From an uncultured bacterium (lineage in GTDB: Bacteria > Patescibacteriota > Patescibacteriia > CAIQCM01): 64,000 nucleotides of DNA. The stretch lies in NCBI GenBank assembly GCA_963708045.1, contig OY970181.1, positions 515,740-579,739 on the forward strand. Reading direction: 5' to 3'. Below are positions 36,920-47,504 of this stretch, piece after piece. Below the pieces are notes generated by a model. It did no database searches. It saw only the letters and a program-made list of their open reading frames with translations, and was not told the origin of the DNA. Every line of letters begins with the position of its first letter. Positions within the stretch are counted from its first letter, which is position 1. The position numbers and the translations under genes are program-made.

Positions 36920-37324
36920 CTAGGCGGCGTCATTGCTCATACTTTTAACAATCGCGTGAACTTTGGCGACAAAATCGTCCATCGCAAACGGTTTTTCCAT
37001 AACGCCTTTTACCGCCGATAGTTCTTTGAATTTTTCTATTGAAGTCTGAAAATCTTTTGATTCAATTGGTAGCGCCGAGATGATTAGAATTGGAATTTTG
37101 CTCATTTCGGCGCTAGTTGCCATTGCCGAACAAACATCAATACCACTAATGTCCGGCATCATTATGTCTAAGACGAGTAGATCGTAATTTGGATCATTGG
37201 TCATCATTGCTAGGGCTTGTTTGCCGCCGTAAGCCGAATCGGCAGTTATTTGTTTTTCGTTATGCAAGGCCGCTTTTAGTGTTTCCACGGTGTTTTTGTC
37301 GTTGTCAACGATTAGAATACGCAT
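36920..37324 (-). CDS. single-domain response regulator (CheY-like receiver)
   Basis: MRILIVDND ... LLVLDIMMPDISG (phospho-acceptor Asp) ... PILIISAL; 3 nt from the kinase gene. Confidence 0.9.
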   Translation of the reverse strand: MRILIVDNDKNTVETLKAALHNEKQITADSAYGGKQALAMMTNDPNYDLLVLDIMMPDISGIDVCSAMATSAEMSKIPILIISALPIESKDFQTSIEKFKELSAVKGVMEKPFAMDDFVAKVHAIVKSMSNDAA

Positions 37325-37330
37325 AAATTT

Positions 37331-38200
37331 TTATTTATGATTGAAATATTTTTCTAAAATTTTTAGATTTTTGTTGACTGGGCGGATAACTTCGCTCACG
37401 TCTTTGCCGATTGGTTCGGGGGTTGCGGTTATTTTTCTGCCAAGGGCGTTTTCGTATTTATAAATCAGGAGAGCGATTATTTCCGATGGGTCTTTTTCCA
37501 TTTTAATAACTCGTCCGGTGCGATTATCAACCAAAAGGCCGTCAATTTGATTGGCCATTATTAAGGCTTTGTTCCCGATTTGGTTTCGGATTTGGGCGAT
37601 AATATCGCTCGTGATTTCATAAAACAATCGATCGCGCGTTGGTGTTTTTTTGTATTCAAGCGGCGAGCCGCGCGAAATTCGTCTCCCCGCGTAAAAATTA
37701 CCAATAAACGCCGCCATTCCCGCAAGTAAAATAAGTCCGATTAAGCACAGCACGAAATCGCTTAAGAAAATGCCAAAAATTTTTGGTTCAATTTTGAATC
37801 TAAATTTTGACGATGCCGGCGCAATCTGTCCGGGATAAGTCACGGTGCTGGTTAATGTATAAACTCCGCTTCCTAGTCCGTTGGGTATCTGGATCGGACG
37901 TATAAAACTGCTGGTAGTTTCCACGGCAACGGTTTCTGATATTGAAGAAACGACGACGTTGCGCGGACTGGTAATGTCGTATTCAATTAAGATATCAACA
38001 CGTTTGGGTGCGCCAAAATTGGATAGCACAACCGAGGTGGGGAGAATGTCGCCCGACGCAAAACGGGTTGCCCCGCCACCGATCGCAAAGTTTGAAAAGA
38101 CTGACCCTTCGGCCAAAGCTGTCGTAGGTGACCCTAAAAATGACAGGGTTATTAAGGTGACAATCCAGGGGCATGGAAATTTTTTTAATTGAGTAATCAT
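37331..38200 (-). CDS. hypothetical secreted protein with a C-terminal TM anchor
   Basis: Signal peptide (TALAEG), beta-rich region, C-terminal hydrophobic helix. Confidence 0.4.
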   Translation of the reverse strand: MITQLKKFPCPWIVTLITLSFLGSPTTALAEGSVFSNFAIGGGATRFASGDILPTSVVLSNFGAPKRVDILIEYDITSPRNVVVSSISETVAVETTSSFIRPIQIPNGLGSGVYTLTSTVTYPGQIAPASSKFRFKIEPKIFGIFLSDFVLCLIGLILLAGMAAFIGNFYAGRRISRGSPLEYKKTPTRDRLFYEITSDIIAQIRNQIGNKALIMANQIDGLLVDNRTGRVIKMEKDPSEIIALLIYKYENALGRKITATPEPIGKDVSEVIRPVNKNLKILEKYFNHK

Positions 38201-38916
38201 ATTTTATCGCGATTTTTATTTTGTCGCCATATTTGGCGAAGGGGGATAATGCCAGCAATGATGACAAAAAATAATTCAATAATGATTAAAAAGATTAAAT
38301 TAGATTTTTGTGGTGTCTTTGATGGGGAAATTTGGACGTCAAAAAGCGGCGGAAAAACGATTTTTTGAGTTTCTGGCGCTGACAAGACTGGTGGCTCAAT
38401 GGCGGCGGTTGGTGTTGGTGTGCTGGTTTGCGGTACGAGGACGCTCACGAATACATTTGAATATGGCGCGGTCAATGAATTTTGGTTTTTAGAATTTAGT
38501 GCAAACGAGTCTGGATAAATCGCGATGTTGCCTGTTCCCGTTGCTTTGGTTTTAAAAGTAATCGTTCCGAGTTCGGCAGGTTGATCAATTCCTCCTGGGT
38601 AGCCAGCAGTTAAATAGATTGTCTCGGTATTATTACTAATTAGACTGCGATTTGCGGCCGGTAAACTTATCCATTGGTCACTCCAACGAAACCATCCAGC
38701 TTCTAACAAATTAATTGGAAATATTATTGCCGCTTGGACCGTAAAGATTTTTTCATTTTTTGGGGAAATATTGATTCCTAAATTTATATTCTCGCCAACG
38801 TTGGCTGTAATCGGATTTCCATCAAAAAATAGAGTCGTTGCCAAGGCTGGGTAAAATGCCATAAAGGTAGATGTAAAAAATATTATGGCGAACGATTTGT
38901 ATCTCATATCGTCCAA
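38197..38916 (-). CDS. cohesin-like domain protein with a C-terminal membrane anchor
   Basis: ITANVGENINLGINI...IFTVQAAIIFPINLLE and TAGYPGGIDQPAELGTITFKTKATGTGNIAIY match the cohesin beta-sandwich pattern; Pro/Thr linker, then a TM helix. Confidence 0.5.
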   Translation of the reverse strand: MDDMRYKSFAIIFFTSTFMAFYPALATTLFFDGNPITANVGENINLGINISPKNEKIFTVQAAIIFPINLLEAGWFRWSDQWISLPAANRSLISNNTETIYLTAGYPGGIDQPAELGTITFKTKATGTGNIAIYPDSFALNSKNQNSLTAPYSNVFVSVLVPQTSTPTPTAAIEPPVLSAPETQKIVFPPLFDVQISPSKTPQKSNLIFLIIIELFFVIIAGIIPLRQIWRQNKNRDKI

Positions 38917-39527
38917 TGGACCATAAGCTGATTAAAATCAAAAATATCAACTCGCCCGCCCGCGTCGTAATCGGAAGGGTTAATTTTATTTTGCGTGCCC
39001 CAATTCGCAACCAGCGCGTTAAATTCGTTTAGGTCAATGCGGTTGTCTTGATTAGTGTCATAGGGCTGAGTTGTGTCGTTGTTTGGAACTAAGATAATGC
39101 CATCGGAATAAATATCCGAACACACGTCCTCAGTATTACAAAATCTCGCATAAATTGTTTTAAGTCCGGGCGCGTTGGGAAATTCGTGGGGTGTGTGATT
39201 AATTTTATAATTTGTATCAAAATTAAGGCGTCGTTTTTCACCAAAAGCCGGGTCTTCGGAGATCTCAACCCAAGTTGTGTCTGGTTTTCCAAAAAGACTA
39301 ATGGTTACTTGTGGCGAAGAAGTGTTCGCTTCGTCGTTGTTAATTTTGATGCCATAGTTTTCCGTTTCGGATGTGTTTATATCGCTTAGCGTCGCCGTTG
39401 TTTTAGTGAAAATTAATTTTTTGTTAATTTCTAAACCAACGCTCACATTGTTTTCTAGTGCGAACGTCAATACTGCCAAACAAAAATATTTTACAGCGCC
39501 TTCAAAGACCAGATTATTTTTTTGCAT
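38904..39527 (-). CDS. dockerin-type (double EF-hand-like Ca-binding repeat) secreted protein
   Basis: C-terminal DTNQDNRIDLNEFNALVANW and DYDAGGRVDIFDFNQLMVHW are the two ~22-aa dockerin type I repeats; N-terminal signal/TM. Confidence 0.55.
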   Translation of the reverse strand: MQKNNLVFEGAVKYFCLAVLTFALENNVSVGLEINKKLIFTKTTATLSDINTSETENYGIKINNDEANTSSPQVTISLFGKPDTTWVEISEDPAFGEKRRLNFDTNYKINHTPHEFPNAPGLKTIYARFCNTEDVCSDIYSDGIILVPNNDTTQPYDTNQDNRIDLNEFNALVANWGTQNKINPSDYDAGGRVDIFDFNQLMVHWTI

Positions 39528-39582
39528 TAAAAAAATAAGTAAGCACCTATAGCTTACTTAAAAACCGGTTGGATAAAGTTAT

Positions 39583-40017
39583 CTAACTGTCGGCGTATCT
39601 TGGATTAACCGCAATAGTCAGTTTTTTTACCAAAAGCAAATCTTTGATTGTTGTCTCGGACGAAACCTTATTATTAATTTCGCGTCCGGCATTGTAAATA
39701 GTTCGCCATCCCTTATTAGGGCTAGGATCGTTCCATTTTTCAAGCACCTCATCCCACGACCATTCTTTATGCAAAGAAGCCTTATTTGCAAAAAGCGTTT
39801 TGCAAAGCATGTTCTGGTCAGAATTATAAGGTATTTTAATTTCTACGCCGGCAAAAAATATTTTGTGCGATAATAAATTATAAGTTGGTGGCGGAAAGCG
39901 GGACTGGCTGATTTTTTCTTTTAGAGTCGGAACAATATCGGAAAAAAAGTAGTCATTAAAATTTTCAAGTCTATTTTTTTGACCCCCGCCCTCCAAGCTT
40001 TGGATCAATTTTGACAT
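39583..40017 (-). CDS. hypothetical protein
   Basis: 144-aa ORF, no motif. Confidence 0.35.
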   Translation of the reverse strand: MSKLIQSLEGGGQKNRLENFNDYFFSDIVPTLKEKISQSRFPPPTYNLLSHKIFFAGVEIKIPYNSDQNMLCKTLFANKASLHKEWSWDEVLEKWNDPSPNKGWRTIYNAGREINNKVSSETTIKDLLLVKKLTIAVNPRYADS

Positions 40018-40071
40018 ATTTAAAAAATACCACTGTGATAGGTTTTGTCAATATTCTTGGCTTTTTTTAAA

Positions 40072-42138
<2,067 letters not shown>

Positions 42139-42253
42139 TTAACAAAGATGGGGTTTCCCCCAGACTAAAAGGCATTACGAAGAACGTATTTTAGCATTTC
42201 GTTTCGGTTCGGGCAATGGATATGTTAATGAATTTTTGTTATTATATTAAACT

Positions 42254-43132
42254 ATGCCGGAAACTGAATTTACCCCGCAAAATCTATCGGAAAAGACCCT
42301 GCGCTACGGTTATTGGTTTGTCACGCACAAACTTTTAATAAAGAAGATTATAATCATAATCATAATTTTGTTTGACGCGGTGACGATCGGGTGGAGCGGT
42401 TGGGTTTGGTTTAGTTCTTATGTTCTTGAAGTGGAAAGCGACAAACAGGCCGCTGCTGAGAACGCTACCTCGGTTCTTAATTCATCGTTCCGCAGCGGAA
42501 CGGCAAGTCCGCTCATTATCGGGAACGCCCAAATGTTTACAGTCGGCGACAAGGTTGATTTTTCCGCGGAGGTAAAAAATCCAAACGTCAGTTATCGCGC
42601 AGATTTTACCTATCGTTTTATTGTGGGCGACAAGGCAACGGCGGAGCGAACGGGTTTTGTCTTGCCGAACGATGGCAAGGATATTATGGCGCTTGGCGAA
42701 AAAGTCGTCGGCTCGCCGCCGACCGTGGTTTTTGAAATTACTAATATCGCTTGGAAGCGAGTTGACCGCCATCAAATACCCGATTATCAAAAATTTTCTT
42801 CCGATCGTCTTAATTTTAACATCACCGATATTAAATTTGTGCCCGAGGGGACGGCAGCACCGACTTTGAGCGTGGTTAAAACCGGAGCAACAGGAAAAAC
42901 CACCTTTACGTTTAAAAATAATACCGGCTTTGGCTATAAGGCGATAAAATTTTCAATTCTTCTTTATCGCGGCCCCGCGCTTGCCGCCGTTAATTCAATT
43001 ACCATCGCCGATGTTCGCGCTGGCGACACACGGTTGGTTGAAGCTTCATGGTTTCAGCCGCTCCAGGCAATTTCCGACACGCGCATTATTCCCGAGGTGG
43101 ATATAATGAATGATGCGGTGTATTTAAGGTAA
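42254..43132 (+). CDS. hypothetical membrane-anchored protein
   Basis: N-terminal TM (IIIIIIILF); TATATT box 5 nt before the ATG, so probably leaderless. Confidence 0.45.
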   Translation: MPETEFTPQNLSEKTLRYGYWFVTHKLLIKKIIIIIIILFDAVTIGWSGWVWFSSYVLEVESDKQAAAENATSVLNSSFRSGTASPLIIGNAQMFTVGDKVDFSAEVKNPNVSYRADFTYRFIVGDKATAERTGFVLPNDGKDIMALGEKVVGSPPTVVFEITNIAWKRVDRHQIPDYQKFSSDRLNFNITDIKFVPEGTAAPTLSVVKTGATGKTTFTFKNNTGFGYKAIKFSILLYRGPALAAVNSITIADVRAGDTRLVEASWFQPLQAISDTRIIPEVDIMNDAVYLR

Positions 43133-43134
43133 AT

Positions 43135-43162
43135 ACTGAATACCTAATTTCTAATTTCTAAT
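43135..43162. repeat. tandem heptamers (CTAATNT)x4
   Basis: ctaattt ctaattt ctaatat ctaatcc; same unit as the 47404-47504 arrays. Confidence 0.75.
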
Positions 43163-43206
43163 ATCTAATCCGTTTTTTTAATATCGTTCCTGCGGTAATG
43201 TCTTTA

Positions 43207-43236
43207 CCCCCTCCCCGATGGCCATCGGGGAGGGGG
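43207..43236. terminator. 30-nt perfect palindrome hairpin with the core CCGATGGCCATCGG, followed by a second C-rich hairpin at 43288-43325
   Basis: ccccctccccgatgg|ccatcggggaggggg; shares its loop-proximal 14-mer with the 13622-13651 terminator. Confidence 0.6.
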
Positions 43237-43409
43237 TAGGGGGAGTTCGTTTCGCCGTAAATAATTTTAACGTAATAAAAAAGAACTCTCCCTACCCTCC
43301 CTTTTACCAAAGGGAGGGCTAAGATTTTTCGTTTCATCTCTTCATCCTCTTTGGGAGGCGCAAAATGGTTTTATGTTGCGATGTTTTGGTTTTGTGATAT
43401 GGTCTTTGT

Positions 43410-44534
43410 ATGAAAAAAGTGTTGTTATTTCTTCGCGAATTGGATCCGTGGATGCTGCTTGGAGTCACGGCACTTTTGCTTTTTGGTTTTACGGCTATTT
43501 GGAGCGCGGGAATCGCGAGGGGTGGGAACGAGGTAGTAAAGCAAGTTGTGGCGCTAGTAATTGGGCTCGTAATATTTTTTGTGACGGCGACGGCTCATCC
43601 GCGGACGATTCATCGTTTGCGTTACGTTATATATATCGCGGGAATTGTTTTGCTGATTGCGGTTTTAATTTTTGGCCACAGTGCCAAGGGAACGCAGGGT
43701 TGGATTCGTTTTGCTGGAACATCTTTTCAGCCGGTTGAGCTTGGGAAAATTATTCTCCTTATTGTGCTCGCGGCAATTTTGCCCTTGCACGCGCGAACCA
43801 AGTCGCTTCGGGCGATGATCGGCGCCACCGTTGTTTCTGGTATTTACGTTTTTTTGGTGATGCTGCAGCCCGACTTAGGGTCGTCGCTTGTTCTCGTTAT
43901 GCTTTGGGTGGTGATGCTTCTCGCTTCAGGTATTCCGCGGCGCTATGTTATTGGAATTTTTATTGCCGCCATCGCCGTTGCCGCGCTCGCTTGGCAGTTT
44001 GGGTTGCAAGACTTTCAAAAAGGACGCGTCCTCACGTTTTTAGATCCGTCGCGCGACCCGCGCGGCCGCGGTTACAATGTTGCTCAGGCGCAGATCGCCG
44101 TTGGCTCGGGCGGGCTGTTTGGAAAAGGTTTTGCCTCGGGATCGCAAAGCCAGCTTCGTTTTTTGCCGGAAAGCCAGACGGATTTTATTTTCTCGCTGAT
44201 TGTTGAAGAGTTTGGACTTATTGCCGGACTGATTGTTTGTGCGGGAATGGGACTGATTATTTTTCGTCTTTACCGATTATCTTGCCGCGCGCCCGACGAT
44301 TTTTCGCAATTCCTGGCGATCGGCGCGGCGGCGATGCTGACGACGGAGTCGCTCGTCGCGATCGGCGGCAACATTGGGCTTTTGCCAATGACCGGGATTA
44401 CTTTGCCGTTTGTTTCGGCCGGCGGTTCTTCGCTAATTGCTCACTTTATTTTGCTCGGGTTGACCCAATCGGCATATCGCGCCGCGGCGCGCGGCTCGGC
44501 AATGCGCCCGGCCGATCTGGTCTCGTCCACTTGA
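43410..44534 (+). CDS. SEDS family peptidoglycan glycosyltransferase (FtsW/RodA)
   Basis: 10 TM helices; conserved loop GSQSQLRFLPESQTDFIFS; C-terminal PFVSAGGSS. Confidence 0.85.
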   Translation: MKKVLLFLRELDPWMLLGVTALLLFGFTAIWSAGIARGGNEVVKQVVALVIGLVIFFVTATAHPRTIHRLRYVIYIAGIVLLIAVLIFGHSAKGTQGWIRFAGTSFQPVELGKIILLIVLAAILPLHARTKSLRAMIGATVVSGIYVFLVMLQPDLGSSLVLVMLWVVMLLASGIPRRYVIGIFIAAIAVAALAWQFGLQDFQKGRVLTFLDPSRDPRGRGYNVAQAQIAVGSGGLFGKGFASGSQSQLRFLPESQTDFIFSLIVEEFGLIAGLIVCAGMGLIIFRLYRLSCRAPDDFSQFLAIGAAAMLTTESLVAIGGNIGLLPMTGITLPFVSAGGSSLIAHFILLGLTQSAYRAAARGSAMRPADLVSST

Positions 44535-44611
44535 CGAATGAATGGCGATAATGTAGTTTATTCATAGATTTAGCCGACGCCGTTGGGCGTTGCTTTTCGT
44601 CTTATAAGACT

Positions 44612-45301
44612 ATGGAAATTATTACACTTGAAGCTAAAAAAAGAACAATTCAGGGAAAAGCCAATGCTGCTTTGCGCCTTACGGGTGTGATTCCCGCCGT
44701 TATATACGGTAAGAATCAGCCGTCAATTTCTCTGGAACTCCCGGAGCAAGCTTTTGATAAAGCTTTTCAAATTGCTGGCGAATCAACTTTGATTGATTTG
44801 GTTGTTGATGGTGAAACAAGCAAGGTGCTTGTTGCTGACGTCGCGCGCGACGCGATGTCTGACCGTGTTATTCACGTTGACTTTCATAAAGTTTCGCTTA
44901 CCGAAAAATTGCACACCAAGATTCCGATTGCCTTTACGAACGAGTCGCCGGCGGTTAAGGGCTTGGGCGGCGTTCTTATTAAGTCGGTTCAAGAATTTGA
45001 CGTTGAATGTTTGCCTTCGGCTTTGGTGCACCAGATTCCGGTGGATATTTCTGTGCTCACCAAGTTTGGCGACGTGATTCACTTTAAAGATGTCATTATT
45101 CCTCCGGGCATTACCGTTAAACACCTTCATGATACCGACGTAATTGCTTCGGTCGCTGAACCACGTTCTGAAGAAGAAATGAAAGCGCTTGAAGAAAAAC
45201 CAGTTGAATCAGTAGAAGCGGTAGAAGTCATTAAGAAGGAAAAGGCTGCCGAAGGCGAGGAGGCCGCCCCGGAAGCTGACAAGAAAAACGAAAAGAAATA
45301 A
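44612..45301 (+). CDS. rplY: 50S ribosomal protein L25 / general stress protein Ctc
   Basis: RLTGVIPAVIYGK N-terminal signature; acidic/Lys-rich C-terminal extension. Confidence 0.9.
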   Translation: MEIITLEAKKRTIQGKANAALRLTGVIPAVIYGKNQPSISLELPEQAFDKAFQIAGESTLIDLVVDGETSKVLVADVARDAMSDRVIHVDFHKVSLTEKLHTKIPIAFTNESPAVKGLGGVLIKSVQEFDVECLPSALVHQIPVDISVLTKFGDVIHFKDVIIPPGITVKHLHDTDVIASVAEPRSEEEMKALEEKPVESVEAVEVIKKEKAAEGEEAAPEADKKNEKK

Positions 45302-45307
45302 TTTTTA

Positions 45308-45333
45308 CGAAGGCCGCCTCATGGCGGCCTTCG
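45308..45333 (+). terminator. intrinsic terminator (cgaaggccgcc tcat ggcggccttcg)
   Basis: 11-bp GC stem; TATAAT at 45337-45342 and the ATG at 45348 follow immediately. Confidence 0.7.
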
Positions 45334-45347
45334 CTGTATAATACTAT

Positions 45348-46367
45348 ATGTCGCTTAAAATTATTTTTGATTTTTTAAAAAAACATTGGATCAAGTTGTC
45401 GTTTGTCGGGGGAATCTTGCTCATCGTCGTTTCACTCGCGGCTATCTTTTTTATTTTTGGCGAAAGAAAAACGGAAATTGGAAATATAACCAATGCAAAA
45501 AATGAGCCGTTGCCTTCGGCGCCAGGGGTAAAAAATTGGGTTGACCTTTATGCAGTTTCCATAGACAACCACGTTAATGCGCGTCCGGTTTCTGGATTAA
45601 ACAATGCGGAATTTGTCATTGAAGCGCCAGTTGAGGGTGGAATAAGTCGCTTCCTAGCTTTTTTTGAACGCGGAAAATCGGTTTCCGAAATTGGGCCGGT
45701 TCGCTCGGCGCGCCCATATTTTTTGGATTGGGTAATGGGCGCGGGGCCAGCGCTATTTATTCATATCGGCGGCTCGCCCGAGGCGATGGCGCGAATTGCG
45801 GCGGATCCGGTTTTGCTTGTGACTAACGCCGATGGCATTGGTGCGGCTGGCGTTTATTTTTCACGCGATTTGTCGCGTGAAGCCCCGCACAACGCCTATG
45901 TTTCTTCAAAAGACATAGAGACATTATTTTTTAAACGCAGTCCGACGCCGCGCTCGGTTGCGGGCTGGAATTTTGTTGTCGCGCCCGAAGCTTTAAAATT
46001 GGGGAGTGCTGGCGAGATAAAAATAAAATTTGGCGATCCTGCAAATAGCGTCGTTTGGAATTTTGACAAAGAGAAAAATATCTACTTGCGTTCTTCGGGC
46101 GGCAAAGCCGACAAAACGAGAGATGGGGAGGTGATTAGCGCGAAAAACATCGCCATAATTTATACCGAAGTTAAGTCAATTGATAGCGAAGACCGAAAAA
46201 AAATTCAGACAACCGGCGAAGGCACGGCTAAGGTTTACGTAAATGGAAATGAGATTGGTGGAACATGGAAAAGCGACGGCAAATCCTTGCCACGTTTTTA
46301 CGATTCTTTTGGCAACGAAATTATTTTTACCGAGGGGAATGTGTGGGTTGAGGTAATTGGCACGTAG
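45348..46367 (+). CDS. DUF3048 domain protein (YerB-like), membrane anchored
   Basis: SIDNHVNARPVSGLNNAEFVIEAPVEGGISRFLAFF matches the DUF3048 N-terminal core; N-terminal TM. Confidence 0.65.
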   Translation: MSLKIIFDFLKKHWIKLSFVGGILLIVVSLAAIFFIFGERKTEIGNITNAKNEPLPSAPGVKNWVDLYAVSIDNHVNARPVSGLNNAEFVIEAPVEGGISRFLAFFERGKSVSEIGPVRSARPYFLDWVMGAGPALFIHIGGSPEAMARIAADPVLLVTNADGIGAAGVYFSRDLSREAPHNAYVSSKDIETLFFKRSPTPRSVAGWNFVVAPEALKLGSAGEIKIKFGDPANSVVWNFDKEKNIYLRSSGGKADKTRDGEVISAKNIAIIYTEVKSIDSEDRKKIQTTGEGTAKVYVNGNEIGGTWKSDGKSLPRFYDSFGNEIIFTEGNVWVEVIGT

Positions 46368-46555
46368 CGCGTAGCACGTAGCACGTAGCGCGTGGCGCGT
46401 AGCACGTAGCACGTGGCGCGTAGCACGTAGCACGTGGCGCGTAGCACGTAGCACGTGGCGCGTAGCACGTAGCACGTGGTTTTAAAAAACAGGCTAAAGC
46501 CTGTTTTTTTCGTTTTCTACGTGCCACGTGCTACGTGCTACGCGCCATTTGGCTA
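46366..46555. repeat. 17 tandem heptamers GCRCGTR (119 bp, 21-bp super-period), terminator hairpin 46484-46509, inverse array (CYACGYG)x4-5
   Basis: Direct reading; not CRISPR because there are no spacers; convergent gene ends (DUF3048 + / prmC -). Confidence 0.9.
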
Positions 46556-47398
46556 TGTGCCAAAAAGGGCGATGCGGGGCAGGTTGGCAAGATCATTTTT
46601 TATTTCTACCATTGCGGTGGGGAAGTGGCGTTTGGCTAATTTGGGAAACGAGCTTTTTTGCGATGGGTCTATTTCACAAATAATTATGCCAGTTATTCCG
46701 CGCGCGACAATTTGGTGGAATAATTCATCGTAATATTTTAGTCCGTCCTTGCCGCCCGTGAGGGCGGTTTTTGGTTCAAAATTTTTTACGTCGGGCGGGC
46801 ATTTTTGCCAAACCCTGGTTGGTAAATAGGGGAGATTGGCGACAATAATCGCTGGTGCGTTAATTTTGATTTTTTTTGGCAGCAAGTTGGTACGTTCAAA
46901 AATTATTTTATCTTGCACGTCATTTAGCGCGGCGTTTTCTTTTGCGATTTTTAGGGCGGCTTTTGAAATGTCAGTGGCGACGACTGTTGCGCTTGGGTAA
47001 TTTTTAGCAACGGCGATCGCGATAGCGCCACTGCCGGTTCCGACGTCAATAAACGGCACGTAGCACGTAGTACGTAGTACGTTGATGGCTTCCTCCACTA
47101 GCATTTCCGTCTCTGGGCGGGGGATGAGGGTGTGTTTGTTTACAAAAAATGGCAGGCTAAAAAATTCCTTAATTCCGACGATGTAGGCGACTGGTTCGTG
47201 CTTGGCGCGGCGGGCGAGAAAGGTATGATATTTTTTTGCGGCCAAGCTTGGCATTGCGCGGTCGTCGTGCGTAAGCAGTTCTTCACGGGTAATGCCAAGC
47301 GCATGCGCAAGTAAAATTTCAGCGTCAATAGCCGCTGATTCTTTTGAAGCGCGACGGAGTTTTTTTATGCCGAAAATTTTTGCTTCTTTTATTGTCAT
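46553..47398 (-). CDS. prmC: release factor glutamine N5-methyltransferase PrmC/HemK
   Basis: SAM motif IDVGTGSGAIAIA; substrate motif present as NLPY (variant of NPPY); downstream of prfA. Confidence 0.8.
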   Translation of the reverse strand: MTIKEAKIFGIKKLRRASKESAAIDAEILLAHALGITREELLTHDDRAMPSLAAKKYHTFLARRAKHEPVAYIVGIKEFFSLPFFVNKHTLIPRPETEMLVEEAINVLRTTCYVPFIDVGTGSGAIAIAVAKNYPSATVVATDISKAALKIAKENAALNDVQDKIIFERTNLLPKKIKINAPAIIVANLPYLPTRVWQKCPPDVKNFEPKTALTGGKDGLKYYDELFHQIVARGITGIIICEIDPSQKSSFPKLAKRHFPTAMVEIKNDLANLPRIALFGT

Positions 47399-47403
47399 TG
47401 TTT

Positions 47404-47504
47404 GTTGGTAGAGATTAGAAATTAGATTTTAGAAGCTGGTAGCTCGTCTTCTAATTTCAAATCTCTAATCTCTAATCTCAAATTCACATTCTAATTCTAA
47501 AATA
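47404..47504. repeat. heptamer palindrome: (GARATTA-like)x3, centre, (TCTMAWY)x8, starting 6 nt upstream of the prmC ATG
   Basis: gagatta gaaatta gatttta ... cttctaa tttcaaa tctctaa tctctaa tctcaaa ttcacat tctaatt ctaaaat. Confidence 0.8.

Noticed and set aside
46176-46475. 99-aa minus-strand ORF made of LRATRHV repeats
   Set aside because: It is the translation of the 17-copy heptamer array (7 nt x 3 = 21 nt = 7-aa repeat), not a gene
46366-46555. Possible CRISPR array
   Set aside because: Units are 7 nt with no spacers; there is no cas gene nearby
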